Positions 59,969 through 64,000 of a stretch of 64,000 bases of DNA are shown piece by piece. A program made the position numbers and the translations under genes. The notes beneath the pieces were generated by a model. That model searched no databases. It had not been told where the DNA came from and worked only from the letters and a program-made list of their open reading frames with translations. The DNA is from Cladosporium halotolerans (lineage: Eukaryota), in NCBI RefSeq assembly GCF_011745625.1, contig NW_027191479.1, positions 62,001-126,000 of the forward strand, in the 5' to 3' direction. Within the stretch, counting starts at the first letter, position 1; each line of letters starts with the position of its first letter.

Positions 59969-61888
59969 ATGCCCAGCGACAGCGAACACAAGAGGTCGAG
60001 ATCGGGTACGCCGGAAGGCGACCACCAAGGCCGCCAACGCTCGCGCGCCGCTTGCGCTCCATGTACGTTCTCCAGCCCGTCCGTCAGGTTCAGCCCTACA
60101 GGAGGCCCAAGTGGTCGGCAAGCTCACAACCATCCCAGGCCGCCAGCGAAAGCGCAAGTGCGATGGCAAAATGCCCTGCGGCACATGCGTGCGCTATGAA
60201 TACCAATGCGAATATGCCCCTGGCAAGCGCCAATCGACTCACCACATGAACGGCGACAACCCGCCCGAGCTCGTCCACCAGCAACAGAGCTGGCCAGAAA
60301 CTCACGATGTCAAACCAAGTGTCATCCAGCTGCAGGCCCACCCTCTCACGGCTCCTGGTGCACGATTCCATCACCGTAGCATCCTCGATCCCGTCAAGAC
60401 TCGCTTCGTCCGCGCCAACTCCGCCATCGCCTTCCCTCGCATCCTTGGCATGGACATGGAGTCTGAAACCATCCCACGTCTGCACAGCTTCGGATGGTGC
60501 ATGGGCATCCGACCGGAAGAACAAGACCCCATCATCGATATCAGCACCATCGTCTCGTGGACCGACATGCAGCGCCTCGCTGCCGTCTACTTCGCCATCG
60601 TGAAGCCGGAGCTCGGCCTGCTGGAGGAAGCGGATTTTCTTGAGCGGGCCAGCGCTCGGTATGCAGACACCAATGGATTCAACGAGCTCGATCCGATCTT
60701 GCTCATGGTGGCTGCCTTGGGCTCGTTCTTTTCGAAAAATCCCCATCCGAAGGAAGCCGAGTGCGTGCGCATGACCAAAACGATCATGACTTGGCGCAGA
60801 CTCAGTATAAACCCTTCGCCGAATACTACTGCGACCTGGATCCTGATCACAATCTACATGCGCTGCACCGGACGGTATGTATCACTGAAAGTGATCGGCG
60901 GATACGTGAATGCTAACCCGATCGCAGACCCCACGGCTCATGGCTGGCAAGTTCGATCGCAATGCACCAAGCCGAAGCGAGTGGATTGCACAAGGAGATG
61001 CAAACGATCGCTGTCGTCTACCCTGCAGCCAGTGCCGCAGACCACCGACTGGTGAAGACGAGGAGAAAGCTCTTCTGGATTGCACGCGCTCTGAACATTG
61101 TCTTTTCGTTCGAGTATGGGCGCTCCAGGGTCAACTTCGATGTCATTACGACCAAGAAGCCGGCGCCGGATATCAATGGACATGCGCATCAGTTCGTGGA
61201 ATTGGCAGATCTGCTACCTAGTGACTTTGTCGATCGCGAACGAGAGCCCGACCCGCCGGCGGCTCTAGGCAATGCCTTGACTCGCATCGAGGAGATGCCG
61301 ACTGAGTCCTCGTTCATGACGCTCTTGAAGGCTGATCTGGCATTCGCCATCTACCGACGACTCTGGCTTATGAGCTTGACCGACGCAAAAGACCGCGCCG
61401 AAACAATCTTGAACATCGGAAGGTCCGCGCTCGAGGCTTCGAAGACTTTACTTGACAGCCGGACGCCATGGTGGAACGTGCTGCATGTTCCCTTTCAATT
61501 CGTCAATGTTGCTCTCGCGGTGTCCACGCCCAAATCACTCAACCACATCTCCGAAGCTATGGCCCTGCTACAGCAGATCGCCGAAGCCTACCCTACCCAC
61601 ATGGTGCGTGAAGCGAACAACCAGGCAATTGCCATGGTGCGCATGAGCCGTTCGCGTAAAGAGAAGGAATTGGAGGCTCTGCAAGCCCTACCTGATGCGC
61701 CCCCATTTGAGAACCCTCCGAGCATTGGCTCCACAAGCGGCATGACCGATGCGCCCAACGTGGACTGGAACATGGACATGCCCTTCGAATGGGATATGTT
61801 CCTTAACCCTAATCTGGTCATGTCGGCGCAGCAAAACCAGTTCGCTAATGTCCCGGACCCTGCATTCAACAATACCTTCGGCTTCTGA
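59969..61888 (+). CDS. Zn(II)2Cys6 transcription factor with fungal-specific TF domain (Rdr1-like)
   Basis: Spliced ACAP|CRQRKRKCDGKMPCGTCVRYEYQC; introns 60063-60138 and 60875-60927; MHQAEASGLH, SFEYGRSRV. Confidence 0.9.
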
Positions 61889-62586
61889 CAAGGTTTGTGA
61901 GGACAGGCCAATATGCCCACCTTAAAGCCGGGCAGTACGTTGCGTCCGCTATGCGCCCCAATTTCTTGAACGACATCCGCAACCACCAGGTAATACTGCG
62001 TTGCATCGGTAGCGGGGCCTCGCTCAACAGCGACGCGGACATTCCTCGGCACGCAAGCCGGAGGAGCGTCTTCAACCAGCCAAGTCGGCATGTCCGCCTA
62101 TCTCTGGCTTTGAAGCGCCCACGGCGTCCTGCGAGATTGCTGATCCTTGTGCTACTTTCCTGGCACTCTCGGCACCATTGGCCAAAGGCATCGCCGAGGC
62201 ATGACTTTCTAGCGAGGATCGGCATTCTCACAGTCCTTGGCTGCTTTATGCCCTCGAACCAATGCAAGTTGTATCGTTAGCTAAAACGCGACAGCAAGCA
62301 ACGATGCAGCCCAAACACACGTGCATGGCCTAAGGTTCACCACCTTCCGCAAATGTTCATCGCTGCTCTATTAGACGCGGTGCTACCACCTTGCTAGACC
62401 TCAGGCAAACCGGCAAGGCTGGCGCCCTGGTACGTATATAATACCGCGATGTATCGCATACACCAGCGGTCAGACTGGCACTTCGTCAACAGTCGCGCGG
62501 TGAAGTAGTTGTTGATAAGGCAAAGGGGATTGCAGGCCCTCAATCTATTTACATTCGTTCACATCAAAGTCAATCGCTTCGCAACC

Positions 62587-63328
62587 ATGGCCGTCACCAC
62601 TGCCCTCGCCCTCCTCTTCGCCGCCAACGCCGCCTTCGCTGCGCCTGTCGACCCTGCCCTTGTCCGCCGCGGAAACCTCCCTACTCCTATCGCCGCCTCT
62701 ACTGCCCGCTCGTACCTCTCCCAGTTGACCGTCGAGGCTGAGAGCAACAGCCCGGCTTACGACCGTGACCTTTTCAACCACTGGATTACCATCAGCGGCA
62801 GCTGCAATGCCCGCGAGACTGTCCTGAAGCGTGACGGTACCAACGTCCAGCAAGACAGCGCCTGCGCTGCTACTTCTGGCAACTGGTACAGCGACTACGA
62901 CGGCGAGACTTTCACCGTGTCGAGCGAGCTTGACATTGACCACATGGTTCCTCTTGTAAGACATCACGCAGACGCTATCAGTCAAGCCGCATCTCTAACA
63001 ACTCAACAGAAAGAGGCCTGGGTCTCCGGTGCCAAGGACTGGACTGATGCCCGCCGTGAGCAGTTCGCCAATGAGTGAGTGCCGTCGGGACATATCTTTG
63101 ATACACCCATTGCTAACGAGAATCAGCTTGACCCGTCCCCAGCTCATCGCCGTCAGCGCCAGTAGCAACCGCGGCAAGGGCGACCAGGACCCTGCCGAGT
63201 GGCTGCCGGAGCGCGAGGCCTACCACTGCACGTACGTCCGCGCTTGGGTCCAGGTCAAGTACTACTACGACCTGAGCGTGGATTCTCTGGAGAAGGCTGC
63301 GCTTAGCGATATCCTTAGTGGCTGCTAG
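62587..63328 (+). CDS. Secreted DUF1524/HNH-type nuclease
   Basis: Signal peptide, YDRDLFNHW, CNARETVLKRDG, LDIDHMVPL|KEAW.SGA, FAND, SNRGKGDQDPAEWLP, CTYVRAWVQVK; introns 62956-63009 and 63075-63126. Confidence 0.9.
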
Positions 63329-63546
63329 ATTGGTACTGAGGTCTTTTGGTAGTGCGCAAAAGTTTTGCTATGATACACGATGTTGATTGGCATTGTTCCT
63401 CCGGCGTGCTGTTCGTATGATTTGTATGTTGTATGCGCGGCTCCTTCGCGTTTCGTGTTTGTACATTTTGCCCGTGTTCTGGCATTATCGTGGCCGTCCA
63501 CAAGCCATTGTGCTCGTGACATCAACCGGTCTCTCATTACCTTACC

Positions 63547-64000
63547 TCACTCTTCCCTCGCCCTCTCAGCCCGCTTAATCGCAACCAAATCCGCACCACT
63601 CCCAGCCTTCTCACCCAACACGCCCGCCTTCTTCAAAATCCCCACCGTCTTATCCACAACCCCCGGATCTACACCCCTCACGTCCTGCGTGAATTCCACC
63701 GTCTTCATCCACTCCCTCGCGTCCGCCTCCGAGTACTCCATCGTACCCGTGATGTGCTTCACCGCCTCCTCCTCGTTGTCCATGTAGTACTGCACGCCTG
63801 CGTTCAGCTTCTCCGCCAGGTCCTGCAGCGCAGGATCCGTCGGCTCACGCGCCGCGATCATCCAGCTCGGCCAGGGCGTGTAGATCTCGCCGATCCGTTT
63901 GAGCTCGCCGTTGTCCCAGTATGCTTTCGTCGTGAAATGCTCCCACATGAAGAAGTCGGCTTTCGTAGGCTCGCTGCGCACCGCTTGGCGGAGAGCTGCG
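63547..64000 (-). CDS. Periplasmic-binding-protein-like (Ca3427/NMT1-like fold) protein, 3' part only
   Basis: ADFFMWEHFTTK...GELKRIGEIYTPWPSWMI; gene runs off the window end. Confidence 0.75.
   Translation of the reverse strand, partial: AALRQAVRSEPTKADFFMWEHFTTKAYWDNGELKRIGEIYTPWPSWMIAAREPTDPALQDLAEKLNAGVQYYMDNEEEAVKHITGTMEYSEADAREWMKTVEFTQDVRGVDPGVVDKTVGILKKAGVLGEKAGSGADLVAIKRAERAREE

Noticed and set aside
51360..63328. GMC oxidase, SDR, Zn2Cys6 TF and nuclease as a secondary-metabolite cluster
   Set aside because: No backbone enzyme (PKS, NRPS or terpene synthase) in the window, and housekeeping SRP54/RRP15 interrupt the set.

Overview
Eukaryotic, gene-dense, GC-rich fungal DNA. It has short GT-AG introns with CTRAC branch sites, and the gene families suggest a filamentous ascomycete, probably a Dothideomycete (inference). 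I can support about 29 protein-coding genes, many reconstructed across introns the ORF track does not join: a CCCH/CHY zinc-finger protein, MAM3/CNNM, a histidine-phosphatase (PGM-like) protein, an orphan, a LAMTOR2-like protein, a type I phosphoglycerate dehydrogenase, NPC1/NCR1, MnSOD, a Ppc89-like protein, a CreD-like alpha-arrestin, two SDRs, a DUF985 cupin, two F-box-like proteins, a PAP2 phosphatase, MED7, a PhoD phosphatase, an FMP42-like MFS transporter, condensin YCG1, a GMC oxidoreductase, SRP54, RRP15, a Zn2Cys6 TF, a secreted DUF1524/HNH nuclease, a partial Ca3427-like PBP gene, and three small proteins. I found no tRNA, rRNA, CRISPR array or intact transposon. Four observations stand out. 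(1) An intronless MnSOD that closely resembles enterobacterial SodA, has no mitochondrial presequence and has gained a PTS1-like tail (-GKL), making it a candidate horizontally acquired, peroxisome-retargeted enzyme. (2) The CHY gene, whose zinc knuckle depends on an 8-nt microexon preceded by a long intron with competing hairpins, plus a possible poison acceptor. (3) An unannotated 47-aa membrane microprotein. (4) Recurrent ~1-kb C-rich to G-rich skew-inversion domains. Family assignments come from recalled motifs; no database search was run.
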